Numbered from the stretch's first letter, positions 47,801 through 60,936 are shown. The stretch: DNA of 64,000 bases from Eledone cirrhosa (GCA_964016885.1 OZ024742.1:325128001-325192000); one strand, 5' to 3'. A program made the numbers and translations. The notes: generated by a model not told the origin, from the letters alone.

Positions 47801-49303
47801 GAACATTTCTATATTTCTATGTATTGATTACTCCCAGTATTGACAGTATTGTCTCCTGTATAGGTTAGAACATTTCTATATTTCTATGTATTGATTACTC
47901 CCAGTATTGACAGTATTGTCTCCTGTATATGATAGAACATTTCTATATTTCTATGTATTGATTACTCCCAGTATTGACAGTATTGTCTCCTGTATAGGTT
48001 AGAACATTTCTATATTTCTATGTATTGATTACTCCCAGTATTGACAGTATTGTCTCCTGTATATGATAGAACATTTCTATATTTCTATGTATTGATTACT
48101 CCCAGTATTGACAGTATTGTCTCCTGTATATGATAGAACATTTCTATATTTCTATGTATTGATTACTCCCAGTATGGACAGCATTGTCTCCTGTATAGGT
48201 TAGAACATTTCTATATTTCTATGTATTGATTACTCCCAGTATTGACAGTATTGTCTCCTGTATATGATAGAACATTTCTATATTTCTATGTATTGATTAC
48301 TCCCAGTATTGACAGTATTGTCTCCTGTATAGGTTAGAACATTTCTATATTTCTATGTATTGATTACTCCCAGTATTGACAGTATTGTCTCCTGTATATG
48401 ATAGAACATTTCTATATTTCTATGTATTGATTACTCCCAGTATTGACAGTATTGTCTCCTGTATAGGTTAGAACATTTCTATATTTCTATGTATTGATTA
48501 CTCCCAGTATTGACAGTATTGTCTCCTGTATAGGTTAGAACATTTCTATATTTCTAGGTATTGATTACTCCCAGTATTGACAGTATTGTCTCCTGTATAG
48601 GATAGAACATTTCTATATTTCTATGTATTGATTACTCCCAGTATTGACAGTATTGTCTCCTGTATAGGTTAGAACATTTCTATATTTCTATGTATTGATT
48701 ACTCCCAGTATTGACAGTATTGTCTCCTGTATATGATAGAACATTTCTATATTTCTATGTATTGATTACTCCCAGTATTGACAGTATTGTCTCCTGTATA
48801 TGATAGAACATTTCTATATTTCTATGTATTGATTACTCCCAGTATTGACAGTATTGTCTCCTGTATAGGATAGAACATTTCTATATTTCTATGTATTGAT
48901 TACTCCCAGTATTGACAGCATTGTCTCCTGTATAGGATAGAACATTTCTATATTTCTATGTATTGATTACTCCCAGTATTGACATTATTGTCTCCTGTAT
49001 AGGATAGAACATTTCTATATTTCTATGTATTGATTACCCCCAGTATTGACAGTATTGTCTCCTGTATAGGATAGAACATTTCTATATTTCTATGTATTGA
49101 TTACTCCCAGTATTGACAGTATTGTCACCTGTGTAGGATAGAACATTTCTATATTTCTATGTATTGATTACTCCCAGTATTGACAGTATTGTCTCCTGTA
49201 TAGGATAGAACATTTCTATATTTCTATGTATTGATTACTCCCAGTATTGACAGTATTGTCTCCTGTATAGGTTAGAACATTTCTATATTTCTATGTATTG
49301 ATT
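38809..49303. repeat. Tandem satellite, 67-bp monomer, about 157 copies
   Basis: Monomer tactcccagtattgacagtattgtctcctgtataggatagaacatttctatatttctatgtattgat (starts at 38941 and 39008). A 65-bp variant has gagcgttg. Very low divergence. Confidence 0.99.
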
Positions 49304-49432
49304 ATATATTGATTGTTGATTGTTCGATTTTATGTTTCAAGTAAGAATTTACATATGTGTATATATAGGTGTGTATGCATGGCACTGGTTGAGATCTTTG
49401 TTGGCGGGTATTCCATTTTTTGAATTTCGCCT

Positions 49433-49500
49433 ACCAATCCGTGTTTCGTTTCTCACATAACGCTCTTCCTTTATTGTAACGGCCACGTGTAATGACGTCA
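49433..49500. promoter_or_regulatory. Cluster of CCAAT box, E-box (CACGTG) and CRE (TGACGTCA)
   Basis: accaatc ~49434, cacgtg 49484-49489, tgacgtca 49493-49500. Motif match only. Confidence 0.3.
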
Positions 49501-49861
49501 TAGAATTGCTAGATTCGGGAAGCTGGCAGCCTATGATTTTGTATATGTGAAGAACAAAATGTTGAGTTTAGAGCATCCGCTCATGAAATGCAATAGCCCA
49601 ATTGCGTAATATCTGCTGACACTACGCAATTCTCTGTATATGGGAATTTTAATAATTGTTACAGGCAGACTATTGCATAGAAACAGAATCCGTCTTGTTG
49701 ATAGATACACTCTTTACAAAAGCAGTGCCATAATACTCACTACTCAGTAACGTGTGCACTCTGTATTTTAAGATGCAGTTTCACAACTGCAAGCTTATTA
49801 TTTCAGTGACTGGGTTGGACAAACCAGAAATCGCTGAATTCGTATGTTATGTATATATATA

Positions 49862-49907
<46 letters not shown>

Positions 49908-50138
49908 CTTGACAAAGCATAATTAAATTAGCACGTAGTAATTAGAAATAGGGAAATAAATAAATATTTTGTAATAGTGGACTTTAATTTAGCAGATAAA
50001 TTTAATAACACCGGAATTACTTCCCTTTGTTCACAAAAATGAACATTTAACTTTGTAACGCCGAGATATGAATTTCGATGTTAAAATCGCACTCATACAC
50101 ATTGAGGGTTCTTTATTAAATCTTTTCTTTCCTTGTAA

Positions 50139-50179
50139 GCCTCTGAAGAGCCCAACTTGGGCGTAACATGTGTAAGAGC
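50139..50179 (+). ncRNA. Type I hammerhead motif (GAAA mutated to GTAA) in the island 49905-50400
   Basis: gcct-CTGAAGA-gcccaa c ttgggc-GTAA-catgtg-TA-agagc. Confidence 0.72.
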
Positions 50180-51315
50180 TTCTTAGAAATATATTTTAAC
50201 GGCTTGCTTCTCTTTCATCAATTTATTCGCTTATAATTGCTCTGCTTAAATTCGCACACTAAATATTAACGCTTCTAATATTAACCCTGTTTGCACAAGC
50301 ATCGAGCACGAATGCACCTGCTTAGGGCAATTACTTATCTGTATCGTCTCTTGCTATAACGCATCTTCTCTCTATTCTCTCTCACGATACTGTAACATTT
50401 TATTATATATATATACATGAATATTTTATTCGGTAAATTATAATTATGCACATATTGGTGTTAATTCTCATTATATATGACTATTTGACGTATGGTAGAT
50501 ACTTCATTATGATAAATAGTATCATAGAGACTCTATACTGGGAGCTAAGTAGCTGATCTCTGATTTAGATGTAATATTTAAGAATTTATACTTGTGAAAC
50601 TATTATTTATTAATTTCACAGAGATGGTGAGAGAAAGAAATTAGGAATTAATGGAATATGGGAAGTAGAAGGACAAAGAAGGGGAGTAAAGCGGTGCTAG
50701 CTCTGAGATGTAATCGCTAAGGTGGTTACTAGTTGTTTTGGATACGAGATTCCTGTCCAAACGAAAGAATGGTTATTTAAGTGATCTAGGTTGATCATTC
50801 TAATGAATTGGAGAGGGAATCAGAAAATGCCATATCATGGATATGACAGAAGCATTTGTAAGAAATACTGATGCCGAAAGCAGAGTGCAAATATAAAGTG
50901 AAGAGTAAACGATAATTTCTGAAGAAGTATGCTGAGATCATCATTATCCGGCTTCAGTGGAGCCTGCATGGGTAATGAACTGGATATTGTGCTGCTGTGT
51001 AGATAATAAAACCTAGGTATCCGATCGTAGCTTTAATGCTACTTTGTACTGCTGTCGGAGAGTGAAAGTATTGGGAGGTAGTAACATCTCTGAGATGTCC
51101 AGTCAACGACTGATGAAGGGAATATTCCGCAGTTCAAACTATGTATATATATATATATATGCCATAATATGACGCACACACACACACACGCCTCCCCCAC
51201 ACAAACACATAAATACACACCACATAAACACACATACACATACACCACACACACACACACACACACAAACACATATATATATATATATATATGCATATAT
51301 GTATATATATAAATA

Positions 51316-51525
51316 TATAAAGAAAAAGAGATGAAATCGAAAATGCAACTCCCTCCCCATTTCTACTAATAGAACCACTTTCCTACACACATATATATAT
51401 ACACACACACAAAATATATATTCTCTCCATCTTAACATACTCGCACACACACACATAACACCCATATACACACACACACAACTCCCTCCCCCATCTCTAC
51501 GAATAGAATCATCTTCCAATACACA

Positions 51526-51584
<59 letters not shown>

Positions 51585-52260
51585 GCACACAAATAAACAT
51601 ACATATCTTCACTTCAATAGAAAATCTGAACTCTGACACCCCGGCGAGGTGGCCATATTCACTGAACCAGAACATTTCTCCCAATCCCTTTTCCCTTGAC
51701 CACTATCTCTCCATCGTCATAACATTCACTATAAAGACTACAGAATAGTTTTCCAAATAAGGGCGCAAAAATGTAATGAAAACTTGTTCACGTGACAGCC
51801 AAATTTCATTTATAACCAACCAAAAAAAAGCCTTCGTGAGCCTCCTTTTTTCAAGTAAAAAGAAATTCAAGCACTCATATATGAAAAAAACAACCTGTGA
51901 CAACCCCCCCCCCCCCCTCTCTTATTTGAAGAACTATTGTAACGCGAACTGGCGCGAAATTTATTATAATTATTGACAAACCAATCAAATTACTTCTCGA
52001 AAAACCTGGCATTTCGAGCCACTTTTTCCATATAAAACAAGTAACATTCAGAGACCAACCAGATGTGAGAAAAAACACAGACCCTCCATCTCAACTCACC
52101 TTTTGAAAAGCAGAAGAACTGCGAAACCGGTAAAGGAACCAAATAAATATATATATATTTAAAAAAAAATAAGATTCCAGTTGCATTTTCGATTTCATCT
52201 CTTTTTCTTTATACTTTCACTCGTGTAGGACACCTCGGTTATTTTTCATTTTGTAAAAAA
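51316..52260 (+). mobile_element. PLE 3' remnant with a short inverted 5' copy
   Basis: tataaagaaaaagagatgaaatcgaaaatgcaact (51316-51350) is the reverse complement of 52179-52213. Hammerhead at 52099. Confidence 0.75.
52099..52136 (+). ncRNA. Type I hammerhead motif (core decayed)
   Basis: cctt-tTGAAaA-gcag aagaa ctgc-GAAA-ccgg-TA-aagg. Confidence 0.72.
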
Positions 52261-52313
52261 AACCTCACTTTCTAATATAAATATATATATATATATATAT
52301 AGGAAAAAGTATG

Positions 52314-52409
52314 ACCCCGATGGCGGAGCTCAAGCCGTTTCGACGGCTATTTCTGGCCTAAATTAGAATTTTTAGCCTGGTGAATAAATACCCGAACTTG
52401 TCAAGAGGT
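52314..52409 (-). ncRNA. Hammerhead motif, same family as 18950-19045
   Basis: Minus strand: acctc-tTGACaA-...tagccgtc-GAAA-cggcttgagctccgcca-TC-ggggt. The flank 52420-52575 aligns with 18770-18935. Confidence 0.72.
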
Positions 52410-52919
52410 ACTTCCTTATATGGGAAGATTGTAGTTGTCAGAAAGATTGGTTAAAATTTGTTGTAAACACAAATAAGTCTATCATGGCATTTGGTGGGAG
52501 GTACGGGTGGCTGAACTTGCCTGTAGAACAATAGGGGAGTGAGTGGAGGCGGTCATGGCATGGTGTAGTTGCTGTTACAGTTTTCAATGTTTCCTTCATT
52601 TAAAGGACTATTTAGTTATTTTTACCTCGAAGCCCAGCCCCAACAAACACTTTGTGAAGCTCTATATATACCGAAGTATAATCTTATTTAGTTCGTAGTA
52701 AGTCATATGAGATTGGTACCAATGGTGTTCCAGTTGTCACAATGACATTGTTTTATTTCATTACTGGTTTGCTCATTAAATTTAAATGATTGCAAACATG
52801 CTTGGCTGCAGAAAGATTAAACATGAACGTTTCATGATATTAATTAAAAGAAAGTATAGTATTTATATAAACAATTGGTGTTTAGTTTTTGTTAGCATTT
52901 GTTAAAATATTTATCAGAC

Positions 52920-52983
<64 letters not shown>

Positions 52984-53119
52984 ATATATATCAGGGGCGA
53001 AGGGTCCGTGCATGCAACGCATGCAGTACATGCGTTATAGAATCTTGAGTTGATCAATTGCGTCGGTTGAAGGAAGCAGGATGTTGGCTGCTCATTAAAA
53101 CGTATAGACACACAAAGAG

Positions 53120-53218
<99 letters not shown>

Positions 53219-54094
53219 TCGCCACTGATATATATATATATAGGGAAAGATGTATTAAATCTCACATATTACAACACTGCATATAATCGTGATAACATTG
53301 CAAAAGAAAAAGGCAAAACAACATTGCTGCTTATTTGATTATATGTACATTTTAGTGTAGTTTAACCGCATCTTTAAACCACCACAAATAAAAGTAAAAT
53401 TGGATATACAGCCAACGTCATTGAAGATGTGAAACAACAAACACCTTCATCAAAACTCAACATTATCAGCAAGAAGTGCTCATGTACTAGCTGGCATTTC
53501 CCATTATAGGATACTTACAGTGTACATATAATATTCACTATGATACATAGGCATTCAGTGAATATATGTTTACTGGTCAACCAAAATATCAGATTATGTC
53601 AGTCGAGTGCCAATGTACCCCTTTCTTGATTGTTTGAACGAGACATACGCTTCTGCTTACCTAATAAAATTAGGAATGAATAAGTTACGATATATTAATT
53701 CATTTATTAACGCTTCGTGTTTGGATTAATGCATTGGAATTTTAACACAGTTCATTAATAAATTAAGACCGTAATTTTTATTTTTATTTATCATTATGTA
53801 CATTAATACACACAATCAATCAAATTACATGCAAATATTACCAATCCAAATCGAACAAAAAATTCGAACGCCACCTCCGCAGATCACTACTCCATGTCTC
53901 AGTGGTGGTGTCTCCTTCCATTCTGGTAGTGGTTCAGGTTGATGTAGTAGGTAGATGGGAGAAATGTTGGTAACAGGTACAGCATAGCAGCAGAGCCTGT
54001 CCGTCTCTTTTTTTGTTTCTATACAGGTAGGCGGGGGAAATATACAATAACATTCAGTCGGTCGTCTATTGTTGTGTGTGTGTGTGTGTGTGTG

Positions 54095-54390
54095 TCATTA
54101 TTTCGTTCATTTCGGATCCGTTGTTGATTGGCGGTTTAATCGTCTTAATCAAAGTGCTTCATTGTTCCTTAGAGAAACATTGTTGCGTTCTGTTGCTAGC
54201 ACAGTAACAGTGAGCCTTTCGTCCATGTTTCCGCATTTTCCGACATCTTTCCGAGATGACGAGGCTTTAGTGCTGGTGTGCTCCTTGATTAATATGTTCA
54301 ACAGTAGAATGGCGTTGCCGGGATAAAGAACTTCGCCCTTGTCACATTCGATCTAATAAACGATGTAGGTGCACAATGAACAGTGTCACT
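54095..54390 (-). pseudogene. Decayed PLE GIY-YIG domain
   Basis: YIVY*IECDKGEVLYPG...IKEH...VTVLATERNNVSLRNNEAL...IKPPINN, homologous to 56810-57090. Confidence 0.75.
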
Positions 54391-54440
54391 CTGTATGTAA
54401 TTATGCATACAGATATATATATAAAATTATATACACACAC

Positions 54441-54481
<41 letters not shown>

Positions 54482-54733
54482 TACACATATACACAACACA
54501 TACATACACACAGAAATAAATATCTATAAATAAAAAAGGTGGGTATGTAAAGGGTAAGATAGAAAGTAGGGGGGAATAAGGAAAATAAATAACACAGGAA
54601 AAAGTTTAAATATAAGGGGAGATAAGGAGAAAAAGAAAATAAGAGTACAGAAAGTGAGTTTAGAGAGTAATAAAAATCGTAGTGGGTGTAAAGCGTAGAG
54701 GGAAGAGAAGAAGTTCAAGGTGGTTGAGTCATC

Positions 54734-54793
<60 letters not shown>

Positions 54794-54915
54794 GTATTAT
54801 TGGTTGTGTAAAACGGTCCAATAAATGTTTGTTACCAATATTAAGTTCTCCACGCTTTTGTATATCTCCAATTCCATTCAAGGGAACAGCTAGATGAAGT
54901 AGAACGGAGTATTAG

Positions 54916-55592
54916 TATCAAAATGAAAATCCGAAGGCAAGGTAAATTTTCCAATCATTTTAATCACGACACATGTTTCATTAATAGATAGATCGATCGT
55001 GAGGCCATGATCGATTATCACTGATCTCGTCAGGTGAAAATGAATTGTCTTCAAATTCTTGATATGAGGGAGAAAATTAACAATGTTCACTCACAGAGTT
55101 TATTCCCTCATATGAAGATCAAGCAGTCAAAATACGGCGACTGCCATCATCTTCAGTTAATGTCATAAAACTATCAAGTTTCTATATCCCAATAGCTGCA
55201 AAAGACGCTGGACATCAATCAAATCTGTAGAATTAGAGTCGGTCACAGTTAATGTGAATGGGTACACACACCGACTCGAGGTCAAAGAAAAAATATATAT
55301 ACATACATACCGACAGAGCATCAGATCTGTAGAACTATAGACGGTCACAATTAGTGTGAGTGGGTACAGACACACCGAGGCGATGATGTCAAAGAAAAAA
55401 TAATAAATATAAGAATATACCAACATATATACCAACATTGCTAATTTTCTCCCTCATATCAAGAATTTGAAGACAATTCATTTTCACCTGACGAGATCAG
55501 TGATAATCGATCATTGCTATCTCTTATTGAAACATGTGAGGTGATTAAAATAATTGGAAATTTTACTTTGCCTTCGGATTTTCATTTTGATA
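54916..55592. mobile_element. Fold-back PLE remnant with ~165-bp inverted arms, each carrying a hammerhead
   Basis: Arms at 54916-55087 and 55434-55592. Internal ~100-bp-period direct repeat at 55218-55400. Confidence 0.88.
54964..55037 (-). ncRNA. Type I hammerhead motif (intact core)
   Basis: Minus strand: tcac-CTGACGA-long stem II-GAAA-catgtg-TC-gtga. The sister copy on + at 55484-55544 has TC changed to AG. Confidence 0.8.
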
Positions 55593-55677
55593 TATATATA
55601 TAAATATATATGTTTATCGAGGATTCAATCGGGGGTAACCACAGTAAGTAAGGTACTCAATACATAACAGAATATAA

Positions 55678-55820
55678 ATATTTAATATAGAATTGGCTTC
55701 TACATAACTAGATCAGTTTCATTCGGAAGAAATCATCAGCAAATCCCATGATGTTTTCCTGATGAGTTCTTTCGAATGAAACAGCTCTAGTCCTGTAGAA
55801 GCCATTTCTATATCAAATAT
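55678..55820. mobile_element. Fold-back remnant with hammerhead cores in both arms
   Basis: CTGATGA-gttc tttc gaat-GAAA at 55759-55781 and an inverted copy at 55717-55739. tagaattggcttctaca pairs with tgtagaagccatttcta. Stem I is not evident. Confidence 0.7.
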
Positions 55821-55934
55821 ATATAAATATATATATATAAATATATGTAATAATAATAAATTTGAAGACTAAAATCCAAAGAGGGCTCGATAAGGATAAA
55901 TATATATCAAATATAAAAGAACCGTAGAGCAAAT

Positions 55935-56062
55935 ATATATTAAAATAACATATTAAAGTTTAAGCAAAGAATCGCTGCTTAACGGGATCTTCTGAAGTTT
56001 CAGAAGATCCCGTTAAGGGTGAAAGCAGCGATTCTTTGCTTAAACTTTAATCCTTTATTTTA

Positions 56063-56070
<8 letters not shown>
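55935..56070. mobile_element. Fold-back remnant with hammerhead (55995-56047, +)
   Basis: aagttt-CaGAAGA-tccc gtta agggt-GAAA-gca..tgc-TT-aaactt, preceded by its own inverted copy. Confidence 0.78.
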
Positions 56071-56108
<38 letters not shown>

Positions 56109-56112
<4 letters not shown>

Positions 56113-57682
56113 GTTTGTATATGTATAATAAAGTCAAAACAATGCATGTATGGCCATAGAATAAAGAATGGAATGCAAAAGATATTGTTGACAATTAGTC
56201 TTTTACCTTAGATTTATTTAAATGTCCTTAATTTTCGAGATAATATCTCTTCTTCGGAGGGAAGTAAAGCGGTTAAACCAGTGTTCTAAATAGCTTGCCA
56301 TGTCTTCCCTACTGGACTTCCAACCCACGGTAACAGAGTAAGGCAACATCCACACTAGCTTCTATAAAAAAGCCGCCAGCAGGGACCTGTTCGTACATTT
56401 CAGATCGGCTCTGCCAGCCAGCGCTAAGTTCCGATACATAAGGAACGAATTGGCACGTATCCGGAACAAATGCACCGACGCTAGAGACCGAGACACACAC
56501 ACACACCACACATTTCCTGGAAGTACTCAAACTGAACGGATACACGACATCCACCACAAACCGTGCCAGAAAGAACAGAGGACACCACACCCGAGGCACT
56601 AACACTTGCTTCCTGAAGCTCCCACACTTCAGTGACGAAACAACAGCAGCCATCCGCAGAGCTATCAGACGAGAGGGACTACATATCCAACTGGCCCACT
56701 CAGGTCCTTCTCTATGCGGACAGCTAACCAAAAGACACTCCACCAGACATGACAACCGCTGCAGGTTATCCAACTTCCCCATCAACGACACAGACCTATG
56801 CCACCAGGCTTACGTCGTATACAGACTAGAGTGAGACAAATGCAGCAACTTCTACGTAGGTAGCACCACCAGACCACTCCACATAAGAATAAAAGAACAA
56901 CTCAATACTAACGCTCCCTCATTTAAGAAACACCTAGTTAAATGCAAAAACACCGACAAAACCATAACAGTTAGGATAGAAACTAAGGAAAGAAACCTCG
57001 GCAATCTTAGAATTAAGGAAGCACTAATTATAGACAAAACACACCCACCAGTCAATAATAGACTAGAACTCAACACCCAATTTATAACTTGATATAGCAT
57101 CTAGCCCCATATTTACACACACCCCTCCCACACACACGCACACACGCACACACACACACACACACACGCTTACACCTCCACTTATTCTTTCTCACACACA
57201 TACATACACACGCAAAGACCAGTTCTAACACGAGATAACATCTATCCCCCACATTTACGTATAAACATATCTTCTCACACTCACACACACACATACACAT
57301 ACTTACACCTCACACATTCTCCCACACACTTAAACAGGCATGTACAAAAAAAAACTTTTAAAGGGAGACTACTCTTTATCCACCTAACCTTAACTCTTTG
57401 ACATTAGAGATAGAACAGATACTCTATACCATTTCCTGTCAGCATGACTTGGCAAGCTATTTAGAACACTGGTTTAACCGCTTTACTTCCCTCCGAAGAA
57501 GAGATAGTATCTCGAAAATTAAGGACATTTAAATAAATCTAAGGTAAAAAACTAATTGTCAACAATATCTTTTGCATTGCATTCTTTATTCTATGTCCTT
57601 ACCTGCATTGTTTTGGCTTTATTATACATATACAAACGTTTATACCTCATTACACAATGCTTCAGGTGAACTATAACTTCCT

Positions 57683-57685
<3 letters not shown>
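56109..57685 (+). mobile_element. 5'-truncated PLE (RT thumb + GIY-YIG, decayed) with ~195-bp inverted pseudo-LTR
   Basis: LLDF..TSFYKKP..LFVHFRSALP, YVVYRLE*DKCSNFYVGSTTRPLHIRIKEQ, LRIKEALII...PPVNNR. Arms at 56109-56304 and 57446-57642. (TA)n on both sides. Confidence 0.9.
57490..57524 (+). ncRNA. Minimal type I hammerhead motif (U4C core)
   Basis: cct-CCGAAGA-agagat agt atctc-GAAA-at-TA-agg. The inverted copy at ~56227-56260 also has CCGA. Confidence 0.78.
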
Positions 57686-57743
<58 letters not shown>

Positions 57744-58224
57744 GTATGTTTGAAATAGTGCACTGAGAAAAAAATGATATAATCCTGTGGAAATCTTTTG
57801 TCATATACTTCTGTTTTGGAGAATCATATTTTATATTCTATCTCCAATTATTTTTATTGTGTGCATCCAATAACCTACATATACATATTTATTTTATGGT
57901 AATGGATGACAGTATCAAGATGCACACGATATTTGAGCTAGTAACTATGTAGACAGAAGAAATGTAGAGGTTATTATTAAAACAAAATGAATCATGGTCC
58001 TGTTTCTGACATTTTGTTTCCAGTGTCCTCTTGATATATCCGTTTTCGTCTGTGTTTGTTCATTTATATCTCCGTTTTTTATGTGTGGCAGTCTATATGT
58101 AAGTAACTACTGTGTAATTTTGCATATGTGCGTGTACTTGTTTATGTGTGCCAGTTTATATCTGTTTTTATATATGATATTTGTGTGTTCACAAATGGTA
58201 CGTTAGTGTACTATATTTCGATCT

Positions 58225-58405
58225 ATTTGGCAGTATCTGTAGAGGGTCGGACGCCATGCTTTCCAGCATAGTTACGTCCCTTTGCGGTCTGAGTTCAAAT
58301 CCCGCCGAGGTTAACTTTGCCTTTCATCCTTACGGGATCGATAAAATAAAGTACCAGTAATGTACTGGCTATTTGCTGGCCTTGTGCCAAATGTAGAAAC
58401 AATTA
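58225..58405 (+). mobile_element. SINE family A
   Basis: Collinear with 7056-7238. Confidence 0.9.
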
Positions 58406-60903
58406 TTTAGCTTCTGTTTAAACAGATAGCCATATATTACATAAATATGCACTTTGGACAGCGCCTGAATATTCGAGCTTGTTATATGCATTTATATGTA
58501 ATTATATGTGCAACCGAGACTGTATATGTGTATGAGTATAAAGGTAATTTTATGTACTCATTTTCTAGGTTGGCAATGTAAATTGCAACTGAATTGCGTT
58601 CTCTAAATGTTAGACTCTCTTCAGTCAAAGGTAGAAACCATTTAATGTTGTTAGACCTACTACGCTTAGCAGTCAAATCCTGTTTTATTCCCGCCGTAGC
58701 ATTTTGAAAAGAAATCTAGACATGCATGCCCAGGATGACGTAAGCCTAGATACAATAGTTGACAAGCTTTCATCGTCTCTTGTCACAGACTTGACGGCTT
58801 TGATAGATTGTCTCATAACATATATTACAATATTTCTTTCCCCTGTCCACGTTTAATGCCTAGCAGTTTCGATTTTTACGTTTTCCTTGAATAACAATGA
58901 CGAGTTAGAGCGATGATATTTGCATGCATGGTCAACTGCCGGGCCTTCCACAGATCAAAGTGCCTACACTTGTACATAAGAGAAGTATGTATCGCTAGCA
59001 AAACGAAATCCATGTTTATATCATGACCAACATATGCAAGGATTTTTCAGAAGTATGTTCAATCTGGGCTGACCTGAGGCTAAAAAATAACACACACACT
59101 GAACATTAAATAACTTTTCTCTCTACACCCCCTACTATTCATTTCTATTTGATACTGAAATATCAGTAAATATTTCCTCATGTTTACTATCAACTTTTTA
59201 CTAACGATAAGAATCATGTATGTTAGCCGCTAGAACATGTTAAAACAATACATTGAAAGATATATTATAATATGTTGCGAAAGAAGGGTTGCAGACAAAA
59301 AGAGAGATAATGCAGATAATGTTAATTGGACAAAAATTACAAAAATATTCCTTAAGCAGTATCAACAGCAGGTGATAGTTATTGAAATTAATAACTGAAG
59401 AAAATTAAAAATGAATGCATCTGTATTTGGCAGTGTATATATGTATCTATGTATACATGTTTGCATATATATATATATATATATATATTTATTTATAAAT
59501 ATACTTATATGTATATACATATATATGTAAGTATACCATATTACACTATACTACACACACGGATGCATTGATTATATATATAGAGAGATAGATAGATACA
59601 TATTTGTGTGTTTGTGAGTAACAACGTGTGTATATACATATGTAGATATGAATATATCAGTAAATATTCATATATGTATAAACAAGTACTGTTGAAAGGG
59701 TATGAGTCAACATATTTTTCCTTGTGAAATTATGACGTTAGGAAGACATATTCGTGTAGTTGAACCGCATAATTTAGCAATATGTTTGATTTGGTGTAGC
59801 ACATTGGATGCGTTAGTCATTGTCAAGCAGGCAGTTACTGCCAACAACGCTCTTGAGTTATCGAATACTTGTGACAACTGAAAATGAGACGGTGCACGAC
59901 ACAAAATGTAAGACAAACTATTACAAATGGGTGTAACCAGGAAGTTTTCTCTCATCTTCCTGGCGCATTTTGACACAAGTGATTGGAAATGTGAGCCTCG
60001 CGAAACTAGCAGTTTCATCACAAACCACGACACACTCGTTACAGTTGATCCAATATTTATTGGCGTAAAAAATCACTTCAACCGTTTACCAGCCTAATTT
60101 CGTCTGAGCTCTAGATGTTTCACAATCAGTCTAGGGAAAAGAATATATTAATGATCTTTAGCAGAATCTTTAAGAAAACTAAATAAGAATGAACATATCA
60201 ATAAAACCTTTCAATAGATTTCAATATCTCCCGGTTACTCACATCCCAACGATTATCCATATATACCCCTAAATCTCTGTTTACCTCCTTACATTCTCTT
60301 TATTTATCTAAAATATAGAAACCATTGAGTATATGTAAATATATAAGTATATAAAATGGTGTGCAGAGAAATACACACTTACTTAAATCATATCGTTTTC
60401 CCTGCATTATTCTATAGTATCAAGAATCATCAATTAATTTATTCAGCTCAACTAATTCAAATATAGACAATGAAACGTTGATTCATTATACAAGGAAAGT
60501 TATCTTTCTATAAAACATTACAAATTTAAAATGGAAAATAAAATCCACTTTATGTTATAATAGGCGAATATTTTTATCATTCTGTAATTGAAAATGGAAA
60601 TCTAAATTTTGCGACACTTCTTGAAAGCCGTTTTGGAAACTAGAAAATCCGCTGCTAAATGTTTCTTTTTGTTAAAGTCAAGTAGGCTTTTAATATCTGT
60701 AAGTCCTTAAAGACAGAATATAAATGTATTCATTAAATAGTTATATTAATATATGTTATTACAAAATGATGTTAAATCTTAATAGGTTATAGGAAAATGG
60801 CGAATATATACGAGCAAGCACACACACACAAACACAGTCATATCTATCTGTTTATCTATATATCTTTCTCTCTCTTTGCTTCTCTTTGTTTCACTATCTC
60901 TTT

Positions 60904-60936
<33 letters not shown>

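Noticed and set aside
38809-49303. CRISPR-like array
   Set aside because: Head-to-tail monomers with no unique spacers, no cas genes, and a eukaryotic context.
56829-56846. TGA at the conserved Cys of the GIY-YIG CxxC, read as selenocysteine
   Set aside because: The same copy has a TAA stop and frameshifts, and the homolog at ~54345 has TGT. Ordinary decay explains it.
59707-60033. 108-aa ORF in a non-repetitive patch as a host exon
   Set aside because: No recognisable domain, no ATG start, and no supporting neighbouring exons.
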